From positions 960,001 through 1,024,000 of the forward strand of contig OZ219866.1 in assembly GCA_964291675.2 (NCBI GenBank): a stretch of DNA of 64,000 nucleotides. The letters are read 5' to 3'. This stretch comes from Alphaproteobacteria bacterium (GTDB lineage Bacteria > Pseudomonadota > Alphaproteobacteria > MPNO01). The translations under genes and the position numbers were made by a program. How positions within the stretch are numbered: position 1 is the first letter of the stretch; the number at the start of each line of letters is the position of its first letter. Below, in pieces: positions 1 to 9,027 of this stretch. The notes below the pieces were generated by a model. The model was not told the origin of the DNA. It saw only the letters and a list, made by a program, of their open reading frames with translations, and made no database searches.

Positions 1-657
1 CACGATCCCGGCCGCCACGTCCCAGGGCGACAGGCCGAACTCCCAGAACCCGTCATAGCGCCCCGCCGCGACATAGGCGAGGTCGAGGGCGGCGGAGCCG
101 AGCCGCCGGACCCCGGCGGTATTGTCGATCGCCGCGCCCACGGTCGAGAGGAAGGCGGTCTTGCCGCCCCTGCCCCTGAACGGGATGCCGGTGGCCAGCA
201 CCGCATCCGCCAGACGGCGGCGCGACGACACCCGGAGCCGCCGCCGGTTGAGATAGCAGCCGACCCCCTTCTCGGCCCAGAACATCTCGTCGCGCAGCGG
301 TTCGTAGACCACCCCCGCGACCAGCTCGCCGTGCTCCTCGAGCCCGATCGAGATCGCGAAATGCGGAATGCCGTGCAGGAAGTTGGTGGTCCCGTCGAGC
401 GGGTCGACGATCCAGCGCCGCCCGGCGTCCTCGCCCGCCGTCTCGCCCGATTCCTCCATCAGGAAGCCGAACCCGGGCCGCGCCTTGGCGAGCTCGGCGC
501 GCAGCATGCGCTCCGCCCGGCGGTCCGCCTCGGTGACGTAGTCCGCCGGCCCCTTGCGCGAGACCTGGAGGTTCTCGACCTCGCCGAAATCGCGGATCAG
601 CCCGCGCGCCGCCTTGCGCGCGGCGGCTTCCATCACGTTTATCGTCGCCGAAGGCAT
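1..657 (-). CDS. suhB: Inositol monophosphatase family protein (3' end runs off the window)
   Basis: Own translation of the minus strand from ATG 657: MPSATINVMEAAARKAARGLIRDFGEVENLQVSRKGPADYVT...WIVDPLDGTTNFLHG...GSAALDLAYVAAGRYDGFWEFGLSPWDVAAG, the IMPase motifs. This frame is absent from the ORF track. Confidence 0.93.
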   Translation of the reverse strand, partial: MPSATINVMEAAARKAARGLIRDFGEVENLQVSRKGPADYVTEADRRAERMLRAELAKARPGFGFLMEESGETAGEDAGRRWIVDPLDGTTNFLHGIPHFAISIGLEEHGELVAGVVYEPLRDEMFWAEKGVGCYLNRRRLRVSSRRRLADAVLATGIPFRGRGGKTAFLSTVGAAIDNTAGVRRLGSAALDLAYVAAGRYDGFWEFGLSPWDVAAGIV

Positions 658-678
658 GCGCTCCTTCCGGCGCGCCGG

Positions 679-1245
679 CTAGCCCTTGGCGCGCTCGACA
701 TAGCTGCCGTCCTCGGTGTTGACCACGATCCGGGTGCCGGCCTCGATATGCGGCGGCACCATCACCCGCTCGCCGTTCTCCAGCATCGCCGGCTTGTAGG
801 AGGAGGACGCGGTCTGGCCCTTGACCACCGGCTCGGCCTCGGTGACCGTCATCGTCACCTGCTGCGGCAGCCGCGCGGCGATCGGGTTGCCCTCGATCAG
901 GTCGAGGGTGATCGTCATGCCGTCCTGCAGATAGGCCGCCGGGCCGCCGATCATCTCCACCGGGAGCTCGAACTGCTCGTAGGTCTCGGCATCCATCAGC
1001 GTCACCGCCTCGTCGGCGCGGTAGAGATAGGTGCAGGATTTCTCGTCCACCATCAGCTTTTCGACCGATTCCTGGGTGCGGAAGCGCTCGTTGCTCTTGA
1101 TGCCGGTCATCACGTCGCGCATCTCGACCTGGACGAAGGCGCCGCCCTTGCCGGGTTGCAGGATCTGGATCTTGAGCACGCTCCACTGCTTGCCGTCGTG
1201 CTCGATCACATGGCCGGGCCGGATGGTGTTCGCGTTGACCTTCAT
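679..1245 (-). CDS. efp: Elongation factor P
   Basis: 188 aa with the PGKGGAF modified-lysine loop and EPVVKGQTASSSYKPAMLENG; next to epmB/epmA. Confidence 0.97.
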   Translation of the reverse strand: MKVNANTIRPGHVIEHDGKQWSVLKIQILQPGKGGAFVQVEMRDVMTGIKSNERFRTQESVEKLMVDEKSCTYLYRADEAVTLMDAETYEQFELPVEMIGGPAAYLQDGMTITLDLIEGNPIAARLPQQVTMTVTEAEPVVKGQTASSSYKPAMLENGERVMVPPHIEAGTRIVVNTEDGSYVERAKG

Positions 1246-1308
1246 GGGGCTCGCCTGGCCGTCGGGAGAGCGCGGAACCTAACAACTCGCGGTTGGCGAG
1301 GCAAAGGC

Positions 1309-2337
1309 TCAACCATGCGGGTCCGGGTGCGCATTGCCCCGCCAGTCGCTGAGCCCGCCCGCGGCGTCGCGGAAGGAAGGGCCGAGCGGGACCTTGCCGT
1401 GGCCGCCCGGGATGTCGATCACATAGGTCGGCTGGCACAGCCCGGAAATCCGCCCGCGCAGCGCGCGGACCAGCGCCTGGCCCTGCTCGATCGACAGCCT
1501 GAACCGCGCCGTGCCCGGCGCGAGGTCGGGGTGGTGCAGGTAGTAGGGCCGCACCCGGTGGCGCACCAGGGCGCGGAACAGCGCCGCCAGCGTGTCGGCA
1601 TCGTCGTTCACCCCCTTCAGCAGCACCGTCTGCGCGAGCAGCGGCAGCCCGGCATCGGCGAGCGCGGCGATGGCGCGCACCGCCGCCGGGTCGAGCTCGC
1701 TTGGGTGGTTGACGTGGATCGCCACGTAGACCGGAACGTCCCGGTGGAGCGCGGCGATCAGCGCCCGGTCGATCCGCGCCGGATCGGCGACCGGAACGCG
1801 GCTGTGGATGCGCAGCACCTCGACGCTCGGGATCGCCGCCGCGCGGCCCAGGATCGCGCCGAGCCGGCGCGGCGACAGGATCATCGGGTCGCCGCCGGTC
1901 AGGATCACCTCGCGGATCTCGGGGCGGGCGGCGACATAGGCGAGCGCGGCGTCGAGCTCTTCCCCCGACATCGCCGCAGCCCCCTGCCCGACGCGTTCGC
2001 GGCGGAAGCAGAACCGGCAATAGACCGGGCAGGCCGTCGTCGGCATCAGGAGGACGCGGTCGGGGTAGCGGTGAACCACGCCGGGGAGCGGCGAACGGGC
2101 GTCGTCGCCGATCGGATCGTCGCGCTCGCCCGGGCTCCGCGCGAGCTCGCCGGGGTCGGGCAGATACTGGCGCGCGATGGGGTCGTGCGCCGCGCCGCGC
2201 TCCATCAGCCCGGCGACATGCGGGGTGACCGCCACCGCGTAGCGCGCGGCTACGGCATCCACCGCCCCGATCCCTTCCCGGTCGATCAGCCCGGCCGCGG
2301 CGAGCGCGCGGCCTGTGCGCATGGTCCGGTCCGCCAC
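1309..2337 (-). CDS. epmB: Lysine 2,3-aminomutase-like radical SAM protein (EF-P beta-lysylation)
   Basis: CPVYCRFCFRR radical SAM motif, HRYPDRVLL, ILTGGDP, PTYVIDIPGGHGK. Confidence 0.93.
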   Translation of the reverse strand: MADRTMRTGRALAAAGLIDREGIGAVDAVAARYAVAVTPHVAGLMERGAAHDPIARQYLPDPGELARSPGERDDPIGDDARSPLPGVVHRYPDRVLLMPTTACPVYCRFCFRRERVGQGAAAMSGEELDAALAYVAARPEIREVILTGGDPMILSPRRLGAILGRAAAIPSVEVLRIHSRVPVADPARIDRALIAALHRDVPVYVAIHVNHPSELDPAAVRAIAALADAGLPLLAQTVLLKGVNDDADTLAALFRALVRHRVRPYYLHHPDLAPGTARFRLSIEQGQALVRALRGRISGLCQPTYVIDIPGGHGKVPLGPSFRDAAGGLSDWRGNAHPDPHG

Positions 2338-2396
2338 CCTTACCCCGCATCGCCCGATCCGGCATTATCGCGCCATGCCCGATATCGCGAAACGCC

Positions 2397-3443
2397 ATGG
2401 TTGAGCCGCCCTGGTGGCGGCCCGACCGCCACGCGCGGAGGCGGCCCAACCTGCTCGCCCGCCAGGCGATCGTGGCAGCCATCAGGCGGTTCTTCGCCGC
2501 GCGCGGCTTCGTCGAGGTCGAGACGCCCGCCCTTCAGGTCTCGCCCGGGCTGGAGCCCCATCTGGCGGCTTTCGAGACCGCGCTGGCCGAGCCCTTCCGC
2601 GACGGGCCGGTAACCCCCGTCTACCTGCACACATCGCCCGAATTCGCGATGAAGAAGCTGCTGGCGGCGGGCGAGGAGAAGATCTTTCAGATCGCCCGCT
2701 GCTACCGCAACGAGGAGCGCTCGCCCACCCACCATCCCGAGTTCACCATGCTCGAATGGTACCGGGCGGGCGCTTCCCATACCGATCTGTGGGCGGATTG
2801 CGAAAGGCTGCTCGCCGCCGCCGCCGAGGCCGCCGGGGCGGAGCGCCTGATGCGCGCGGAGAAGCGCGCGGACCCCGGCGCGGAATGGACCCGCATCAGC
2901 GTCTGCGAGGCCTTCGCCCGCCATGCCGGAATCGACCTCGCGGCGACGATGGACGATCCCTCCGACCCCGCCCCGCTGGCCGCCGCCGCGCGCGCCGCCG
3001 ACGTGTGGACCGGGCCCAACGACAGCTGGGAGGACGTCTTCTTCCGCATCTTCCTCGCCAAGGTGGAGCCCGCGCTCGGCATCGGCGCGCCGGCGATCCT
3101 CTACGACTACCCGGCCTCGATGGCGGCGCTGGCGCGGCTCGGCCCCGACCGCCGCTTCGCCGAGCGTTTCGAGGTGTTCGCCTGCGGCCTCGAGCTCGCC
3201 AACGGCTACGGCGAGCTCACCGACCCGGCGGAACAGCGCGCGCGCTTCGAGGCCGACCGCGCGCTGAGGCGGCGGCTCAGGGGCGACGCCTATCCGGTCG
3301 ACGAGGATTTTCTGGCCGCGCTCGAATCCGGGCTGCCGGACTGCGCCGGGATCGCGCTCGGCGTCGACCGCCTGGTCATGCTGGCGGTCGGCGCGGAGCG
3401 GATCGAGGACGTGCTCTGGGCGCCGGTGGCGGAGCCGGGCTAG
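2397..3443 (+). CDS. epmA: EF-P lysine aminoacylase (GenX/PoxA)
   Basis: Class II aaRS catalytic core only: [44 protein letters not shown]; divergent from epmB-efp. Confidence 0.95.
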   Translation: MVEPPWWRPDRHARRRPNLLARQAIVAAIRRFFAARGFVEVETPALQVSPGLEPHLAAFETALAEPFRDGPVTPVYLHTSPEFAMKKLLAAGEEKIFQIARCYRNEERSPTHHPEFTMLEWYRAGASHTDLWADCERLLAAAAEAAGAERLMRAEKRADPGAEWTRISVCEAFARHAGIDLAATMDDPSDPAPLAAAARAADVWTGPNDSWEDVFFRIFLAKVEPALGIGAPAILYDYPASMAALARLGPDRRFAERFEVFACGLELANGYGELTDPAEQRARFEADRALRRRLRGDAYPVDEDFLAALESGLPDCAGIALGVDRLVMLAVGAERIEDVLWAPVAEPG

Positions 3444-4084
3444 GCGCCGAGCGCGTCCCGGATCGCCGCCTCGTAGGCTCGGACGGCTGCCGCCGGCCCG
3501 TCCGGATGCGCCCAGACGCCCGCAGACACGGCGAGGAAATCGGCCCCGGCGGCGGCGACCGGCCGGCAATTCTCCGCCGCAATGCCGCCGATCGCGACGC
3601 AGGGGACGGTGGCGACCGATTGCCAGGTCTCCAGCAGCGCGAGCGGCGCCCGCGTCGTCGTCCGCTTGGTCGCGGTCGGAAAGTAGGCGCCAAAGGCGAC
3701 GTAGTCGGCCCCGGCCTCCGCCGCCTCCATCGCCAGATGGTAGGAGTCCTTGCAGGTCACGCCGACGATCGCGTCCGCACCGACGATCCGGCGCGCCTCC
3801 TCATAGGGGGCATCGTCGGCGCCGACATGGACGCCGTCGCAGCCGGTCTCGCGGGCGAGATCGGGGCGGTCGTTCATCACCAAGGCGACGTCGCGGGATT
3901 GCGCCACCGGCGCCAGGATCTCGGCGGCGCGGCGGATGTCGTCGTCGCCCGCCTGCTTGAGGCGGAGCTGGACGCAGGCCGCCTCGCCGGCGTCGAGCGC
4001 CGCGGCGAGCCGGTCCGCGAAGCCGCGCGCGCCGCCCGGGCCGAGATCAGGCGGCGTGATCAGATACAGCCAGCAGGTCCGGAT
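3440..4084 (-). CDS. thiE: Thiamine phosphate synthase (start codon uncertain)
   Basis: The frame stays open upstream of the ORF-track start (3907) and encodes LYLITPP...CVQLRLK, then NDRPDLA...[18 protein letters not shown]. No ATG/GTG/TTG precedes the conserved N-terminus; 4084 is an in-frame ATC. Confidence 0.85.
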   Translation of the reverse strand: MRTCWLYLITPPDLGPGGARGFADRLAAALDAGEAACVQLRLKQAGDDDIRRAAEILAPVAQSRDVALVMNDRPDLARETGCDGVHVGADDAPYEEARRIVGADAIVGVTCKDSYHLAMEAAEAGADYVAFGAYFPTATKRTTTRAPLALLETWQSVATVPCVAIGGIAAENCRPVAAAGADFLAVSAGVWAHPDGPAAAVRAYEAAIRDALGA

Positions 4085-5003
4085 TGGCCTTGCCCTGGTA
4101 GATCCTGACGATGCCGTCCAGCATGGCGAGCGCGTCCGCGCGCGGCCGCTGGAAGGTGTTGCGGCCGATGATCGAGCCCGAGCCGCCGCCGTCGCGGATC
4201 GCCCTCACCTCGCGATGGATGCCGTCGAGATCCTTGGCCTCGCCGCCCGAGAAGACCACCAGCCGGCGCCCGTTGAAGCAGGACTGGACGACATGCGCGA
4301 TGCGCGCGGCGAGCGTCGCGGTGTCGATCCGCTGCTTCTCGTAGACCCCCCTGGCGGCGTCGAGGAAAAGCGCGTCCGTCGGCGGCTTCACCTTGACGAT
4401 ATGGGCGCCCATCAGACAGGCGATGTGGGCGGCGTAGGCGCAGATATCCATCGCCGTCTCGCCCTCCTTGGACAGCGCGCCGCCGCGCGGATAGGACCAG
4501 ACGACGACCGCGAGGCCGACCGATTTCGCCTCCTCGGCGAGCTCGCGGATCTCCTCCATCATCTCGTACTGGTCGTCCGAGCCGGGATAGACGGTGAACC
4601 CGATCGCCGAGCAGCCCAGCCTGAGCGCATCGCCCACCCCGCCATGGACGGCCTGGTCCTTCCCCGTCGCCAGGCTGTTGGCGCTGTTCACCTTGAGGAT
4701 CGTCGGCACCGCCCCGGCGAAGCTGTCGGCGCCGGCCTCGATCATGCCGAGCGGCGCGGCGTAGGCGCTGAGCCCGGCATCGACCGCGAGCTGGAAGTGG
4801 TAGTGCGGGTCGTAGGCGTCGGGGTTGGGGGCGAAGCTCCGCGCCGGGCCGTGCTCGAAACCCTGGTCGACCGGCAGGATCAGCAGCTTGCCCGAGCCGC
4901 CCAGCTTGCCGTGCATCAGGATGCGCGCGAGGTTGGCCTTGGTTCCCGGGTTGTCGCTCTCGTAGCCGGCAAGGATTTTCTTGACCTTTTGCGTGACCCG
5001 CAT
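4047..5003 (-). CDS. fbaB: Class I fructose-bisphosphate aldolase (DhnA type)
   Basis: [11 protein letters not shown]..., [38 protein letters not shown]. Confidence 0.93.
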   Translation of the reverse strand: MRVTQKVKKILAGYESDNPGTKANLARILMHGKLGGSGKLLILPVDQGFEHGPARSFAPNPDAYDPHYHFQLAVDAGLSAYAAPLGMIEAGADSFAGAVPTILKVNSANSLATGKDQAVHGGVGDALRLGCSAIGFTVYPGSDDQYEMMEEIRELAEEAKSVGLAVVVWSYPRGGALSKEGETAMDICAYAAHIACLMGAHIVKVKPPTDALFLDAARGVYEKQRIDTATLAARIAHVVQSCFNGRRLVVFSGGEAKDLDGIHREVRAIRDGGGSGSIIGRNTFQRPRADALAMLDGIVRIYQGKANPDLLAVSDHAA

Positions 5004-5115
5004 CCTCGACCCCCCATCCGATGTCCCCGCGCATCCAGGCAGCGGCAAGCCGCCAATAACTAACCCAATCCCGGCGGGCGTGCCAGCGCGCTCGCGGTGC
5101 CGGAGACTGCGGGGG

Positions 5116-6969
5116 CTATAGCTGGGCGAGCAGGATCACACCTACCACGATGGCCAGGCAGGCGATTTGCAGCCCGAGGATCGACCACAGCAGGACCCGT
5201 TCCTGCCGGCCCTTTCCGGAAGAGGCGAGCGCGGCCCGGATCTCGGCGACCGCACGGTCGCGGAATGCCTCCAGCTCGGCCGCCGCTTCGGCGGAGGGGA
5301 CGAATTCCGGCGCCATGCCGGAGGCCGCGGGAGCGGAAGTCTCCGGGACGGTCGCTACCCCCGCCGCGAACACCGGGGCTGGAGCGGAGACCGGCAGGTC
5401 CGGGGCGGGCGTTTCCGGCTCCGGCTCGCCGGGTTCTTCGGGTTCCGGGACCAGCGCCGCCAGATAGGCGACCGGTTCCCCGTCGAGCGGCGAGCTGCGG
5501 CGATAAACGCGGAACTCCTCGCCCGGATCGTTGCGGATCGCCGCCAGAGCCTGGGCGGCGCCGTTTGCGGAAACGCTCTCGGCGCCGACGATCCCCCCCG
5601 CCTTGACATGCACCCGGTGGAGGATCGCTTCCCCGCGCCAGAACTCGATGTCGATCGGCTGTCGGCTGAGGTCGAGCGAACCGATCAGGAGGTCCAGCGG
5701 GAAGTCCGCTAACCGGCCGCGCAGGAACAGCGCGCCCCGGCTCTGCGGCGCATCGCGGGCGGCGGGAGCGGCGGGACGGGCGGCAGGCTGCCGCATGGCG
5801 GCCAGCAGCTCGGGAACGCCGCCCAGCGGTTCGCCCGCCTCTTCCGCCATCTCGTAGCGTATCTCGAAGGTCTCGCCGTGGTCGGCGCAGAGCTGCCGGA
5901 GGGCTTCCATGCCGTGCAGCCCGCCGGCCGCCGCCGCCAGAACCTGCCCGGACTCCACCATCATCGCGCCGACCTCGGCATCGCCCCGCATGAACGAGAC
6001 GACGACACAGCGGTCGCTGAGTTGCAGGACTTCCAGGATTTCGTCGAAGCTCGCGTCGTCCACCCGCCCCTGCATGATCGGATCGCCATCCTCCGGCGGC
6101 GGCGGCGCGGCCGGCGGGACCTCTGGCGTCGGCGGTTCGAGCGGGGCGGCTTCGATCGCGACGTCGGGCGAATCCGTGGCGAGGGGCCGGGGCTCGGCGT
6201 CCCCGGCCGGGTGCGCGGCTTGCACGGCCTCCCGCGCGGGCGGTAACGCGGGCGTGGCCTCGGCGGCGGCTGCGGTCGGCGGGACCTCCGGCGTCGGCGA
6301 ATCGGGCGGGGCGAATTCGATTGCTGCGTCGGGCGGCTCGGCTTCCCGTTCGGGCGGCAATGCGGGCGCGACCTCCGGCGTCGGCGGTTCGGGCGGCACG
6401 GCTGCGATCGCGGCGTCGGGCGGTTCGGCGCCGAGGGGCTCCGGTTCGGCGGTCCCGGCGGAGAACGCGGCTTGCGCGGCCTCCGGCTCGGGCGGCAATG
6501 CGGGCGCGACCCCGACGGCGTCGTGCTCCGGGGACTCGACGGGGAATTGCGGGCCGGAAACCTCGAAAATCTCATCGGTGCCGATGACTTCCCCGCTCGG
6601 CGGCTCGGCGGCGGCGTGGTGTCCGCCGTCTTCTTCGGACAGCAATTCGGCGAGCCCGCAGAGCGGCGCATCGTTCTGCAGCTCCGGCGCGTTCGGCGGC
6701 AGCATGACCACCGAGAATGCGGTGCCCGGATCGCCGATCAGGGCGTTCAGCGCGTCGCCGCCCGTGGCCTCGCTGCGGAAATCTCCGGCGCGGACCACCT
6801 GGCCCGCCTTGATCGCGATCGCGCCCACCTCCCGTTCCCCGCAGGAGAAGCGCACCTCCAGGAGTTGGCGGCTCACGGCGAGCACGCCGAACAGCTCGGA
6901 AAGCGGGCAGGTGCGAAACGAACCCCGGAGAAAGAGGGGCGTCGCCTGCCGATCGCCCGAACTCACCAA
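5116..6969 (-). CDS. Protein with three DUF4388 (PATAN-like) domains, Pro/Glu/Ala-rich linker and C-terminal transmembrane anchor
   Basis: Three ~80-aa repeats (LFLRGSFRTCPLSELFGVL...AGQVVRA; IMQGRVDDASFDEILEVL...SGQVLAA; LFLRGRLADFPLDLLIGSL...AGGIVGA) fit the DUF4388 pattern; terminal hydrophobic helix VLLWSILGLQIACLAIVVGVILLAQL. Confidence 0.72.
   Translation of the reverse strand: MVSSGDRQATPLFLRGSFRTCPLSELFGVLAVSRQLLEVRFSCGEREVGAIAIKAGQVVRAGDFRSEATGGDALNALIGDPGTAFSVVMLPPNAPELQNDAPLCGLAELLSEEDGGHHAAAEPPSGEVIGTDEIFEVSGPQFPVESPEHDAVGVAPALPPEPEAAQAAFSAGTAEPEPLGAEPPDAAIAAVPPEPPTPEVAPALPPEREAEPPDAAIEFAPPDSPTPEVPPTAAAAEATPALPPAREAVQAAHPAGDAEPRPLATDSPDVAIEAAPLEPPTPEVPPAAPPPPEDGDPIMQGRVDDASFDEILEVLQLSDRCVVVSFMRGDAEVGAMMVESGQVLAAAAGGLHGMEALRQLCADHGETFEIRYEMAEEAGEPLGGVPELLAAMRQPAARPAAPAARDAPQSRGALFLRGRLADFPLDLLIGSLDLSRQPIDIEFWRGEAILHRVHVKAGGIVGAESVSANGAAQALAAIRNDPGEEFRVYRRSSPLDGEPVAYLAALVPEPEEPGEPEPETPAPDLPVSAPAPVFAAGVATVPETSAPAASGMAPEFVPSAEAAAELEAFRDRAVAEIRAALASSGKGRQERVLLWSILGLQIACLAIVVGVILLAQL
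6115..6510 (-). repeat. Imperfect intragenic repeats encoding the PD(A/V)AIxxxPxxxPTPEVxP linker
   Basis: Three related DNA blocks beginning g(g/c)gacct(c)(t/c)ggcgtcggcg near 6116, 6281 and 6368, interleaved with ALPP(E/A) units. Confidence 0.7.
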
Positions 6970-6982
6970 CGATCTCCCCGGT

Positions 6983-7477
6983 TCACGTGATGCGGCCGAA
7001 TTCCATCTTTATGCTCGACGCCTTGCCTCCCAACCGCATGCTGGTCGCCAGGATGCGGTAGAGCTTGGTCCAGGCGCGCTTCAGCTCTGGGGTGAATCCC
7101 TCGCCCAACCCGTTCTCCAGCGCCCATATCAGCGCCCGCTCGAACGGTCCGTAGGCATCGTCGGGTATCTTGTACAGGGCGTGGTGGCGGCGCCCCAGCG
7201 CGAGTACGACCAGGAAAAGGTCCCGCTGCGGCGCGACATCTTCCTTCCACTGCTCCTCGGTCCAGTCCAGCGACTTGGTGACGAAGGCGAGCATGGCCAT
7301 CAGCTTGCGCTTCTGGCCGGTGATGTCTTCGGGGAACAGCCGGCGATAGTGCGGCTGCTCCTCGAACAGCCGCCCGAAGAACAGGTCCGCGACGGTCTCC
7401 CACACCGGAGCGATGAGGCGGTAGGTCCCGACGATCAGGGTCTTTTCGTGGGCGTTGAGCAGCGTTCTCTCAGTCAT
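6983..7477 (-). CDS. Single-domain globin
   Basis: Globin landmarks: ADLFFGRLFEEQP (B helix), RRLFP (CD1 Phe), GQKRKL (E7 Gln), LGRRH (F8 His), ALIWAL..LGEGFTPELKRAWTKLY (G/H helices). Confidence 0.88.
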   Translation of the reverse strand: MTERTLLNAHEKTLIVGTYRLIAPVWETVADLFFGRLFEEQPHYRRLFPEDITGQKRKLMAMLAFVTKSLDWTEEQWKEDVAPQRDLFLVVLALGRRHHALYKIPDDAYGPFERALIWALENGLGEGFTPELKRAWTKLYRILATSMRLGGKASSIKMEFGRIT

Positions 7478-7526
7478 GCCTGTGGATGCCTCCGCTCGGT
7501 CGGGTGCGTTTCCATATGGGCCCGGC

Positions 7527-7555
7527 GATCTATCCGCCGCCACCGATGGCGTCAA
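7527..7555 (-). promoter_or_regulatory. Possible sigma70 promoter for the globin operon
   Basis: Minus strand TTGACG-N17-TAGATC about 50 nt upstream of the globin ATG. Confidence 0.35.
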
Positions 7556-7695
7556 CAATCCCATGGCCCGTCACAATGCGAAGCCGGGCCGGGGGGACCC
7601 CGGCGACTCGATAAACTTCTACGCTTTAACGCCTTTTACGGCGTCGGCGGGCATCCGGGCAGCCCGTGCGGCGGATCGCCGCATTGGACGCGGGA

Positions 7696-8127
7696 TTACC
7701 GGGGCGCTCGCTCGGCGGCGGCGGCGAACCAGCGTCGGCAGGCGGATTCGGGATCGCCCTCCCCGGCGAGGTCGAGGGCGGCGTCGGCGTCGGCCTCGAT
7801 ACGGGCGCCGGCCGCCCCGGCGAGCGCTTCGAGCTTGCCGCGGACCGCCGGGGATCCGGCGAAGCGGATGGTTTCGACCGACCGGCGCAGCGCCGCCAGC
7901 GCCATGCCGGGGGAGTCGCCGCAATCGAGAACCGCGTCGATGGGGACGTCCGGGTGGGCGCGCCGGGCCGCGCGGACGATTTCGGCGAACCAGGCGGCCC
8001 CCGCATAGCCTGCGGCCGCGGGCCCGCTCCTGAGGCGGACGGCGGTGCCGAGCGCCGCCGCCGCGCGGGCCGCGGCGAGCGCGTGGTCGAGGCCGTGGAC
8101 GACCACGGTCGGCTTGGGTCCGGGCAT
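7696..8127 (-). CDS. Conserved hypothetical protein
   Basis: MPGPKPTVVVHGLDHALAAA...AAGYAGAAWF...VLDCGDSPGMALAALR; resembles a Rhodospirillales hypothetical usually found upstream of fbaB (from recall). Confidence 0.65.
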   Translation of the reverse strand: MPGPKPTVVVHGLDHALAAARAAAALGTAVRLRSGPAAAGYAGAAWFAEIVRAARRAHPDVPIDAVLDCGDSPGMALAALRRSVETIRFAGSPAVRGKLEALAGAAGARIEADADAALDLAGEGDPESACRRWFAAAAERAPR

Positions 8128-8247
8128 CCGGCAACAGTGGACGGCGCGCGGCGGCCGATCAACGGTTTCCGCCCGATTGACGGTCTTCCGATCTCCGGCG
8201 TAAGGTGCCGCGCAGTTGCCGGGCCCGGCCCGGTCCACGGGTTGCAC

Positions 8248-8460
8248 ATGCCACGTCTCGACGAAGCGCAGGCCAAGCTGGAGTCCGCCTTGGACAGGCT
8301 GGAACACGCGCTGCGCGAGCGCTCCGGCGCTGAGCCCCGGCTGGAGGCCGAGCTCGGCGAGTCGCGCGCGCGCTGCACGAAGCTGGAAGGCGAGACCCGG
8401 GCGGTCTCCGAGCAGCTCGATGCGGCGATCTCCCGGCTGCGCGCCCTGATCCCGTCCTGA
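8248..8460 (+). CDS. DUF4164 family coiled-coil protein (ZapB-like position)
   Basis: 70 aa heptad protein (LESALDRLEHAL...VSEQLDAAISRLRAL) immediately upstream of zapA. Confidence 0.72.
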   Translation: MPRLDEAQAKLESALDRLEHALRERSGAEPRLEAELGESRARCTKLEGETRAVSEQLDAAISRLRALIPS

Positions 8461-8478
8461 CGCCGGGGACCGCTCCCT

Positions 8479-8826
8479 ATGCCCGAGGTCGAGCTCAACA
8501 TCAACGGGCGCAGCTACCGGGTGGCCTGCGAGGAAGGCGAGGAAGAGCGCCTTTCCAGGCTCGGCGCCTATATCGACGACCGGGTGGAGGCGCTGGTCGG
8601 CCAGATAGGCCAGGTCGGCGATACCAGGCTGCTGGTTATGACCAGCCTGATGATCGCCGACGAGCTCGCCGAGGCCTATGCCGCGCTGTCCGAGGCGGGG
8701 ATCGCCATACCCGAGGACGGCGAGCCGCGAGGCGCGATCGAGGACCAGAAGAATGCCCTCGCCGCGCGCATCGAGGATGCGGCCGCGCGCATCGAAAGCA
8801 TTGCCGAGACGATCGCGCGATCCTAG
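8479..8826 (+). CDS. zapA: Cell division protein ZapA
   Basis: VELNINGRSYRVACEEGEEERL...RLLVMTSLMIADEL. Confidence 0.93.
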   Translation: MPEVELNINGRSYRVACEEGEEERLSRLGAYIDDRVEALVGQIGQVGDTRLLVMTSLMIADELAEAYAALSEAGIAIPEDGEPRGAIEDQKNALAARIEDAAARIESIAETIARS

Positions 8827-8833
8827 TTTCTGC

Positions 8834-9001
8834 CCGGGCGGCGCTGCGCGGTGCGCGAGGCCATTTATCCCTGGGGCCAATACAGTCCTCTTGGGAGCTG
8901 TCCCTGCCGCGGTCGTGGCCGCGGTACATGGCGCCCACCTGCGTTTGCAGGCCGCAGAGGATATGCATGGCGGGACGGCCGCCGCGGCGTCGCCCGCCCG
9001 G
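8834..9001 (+). ncRNA. ssrS: 6S RNA
   Basis: Canonical zapA-6S-ygfA position; alphaproteobacterial 6S motifs ATCCCTGGGGCC, GGGAGCTGTCCCTG, GGCGCCCACCTG; complementary ends ccgggcgg / ccgcccgg. Confidence 0.88.
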
Positions 9002-9027
9002 TTTCATCCGTCGGTGGCGGAGGCGGC

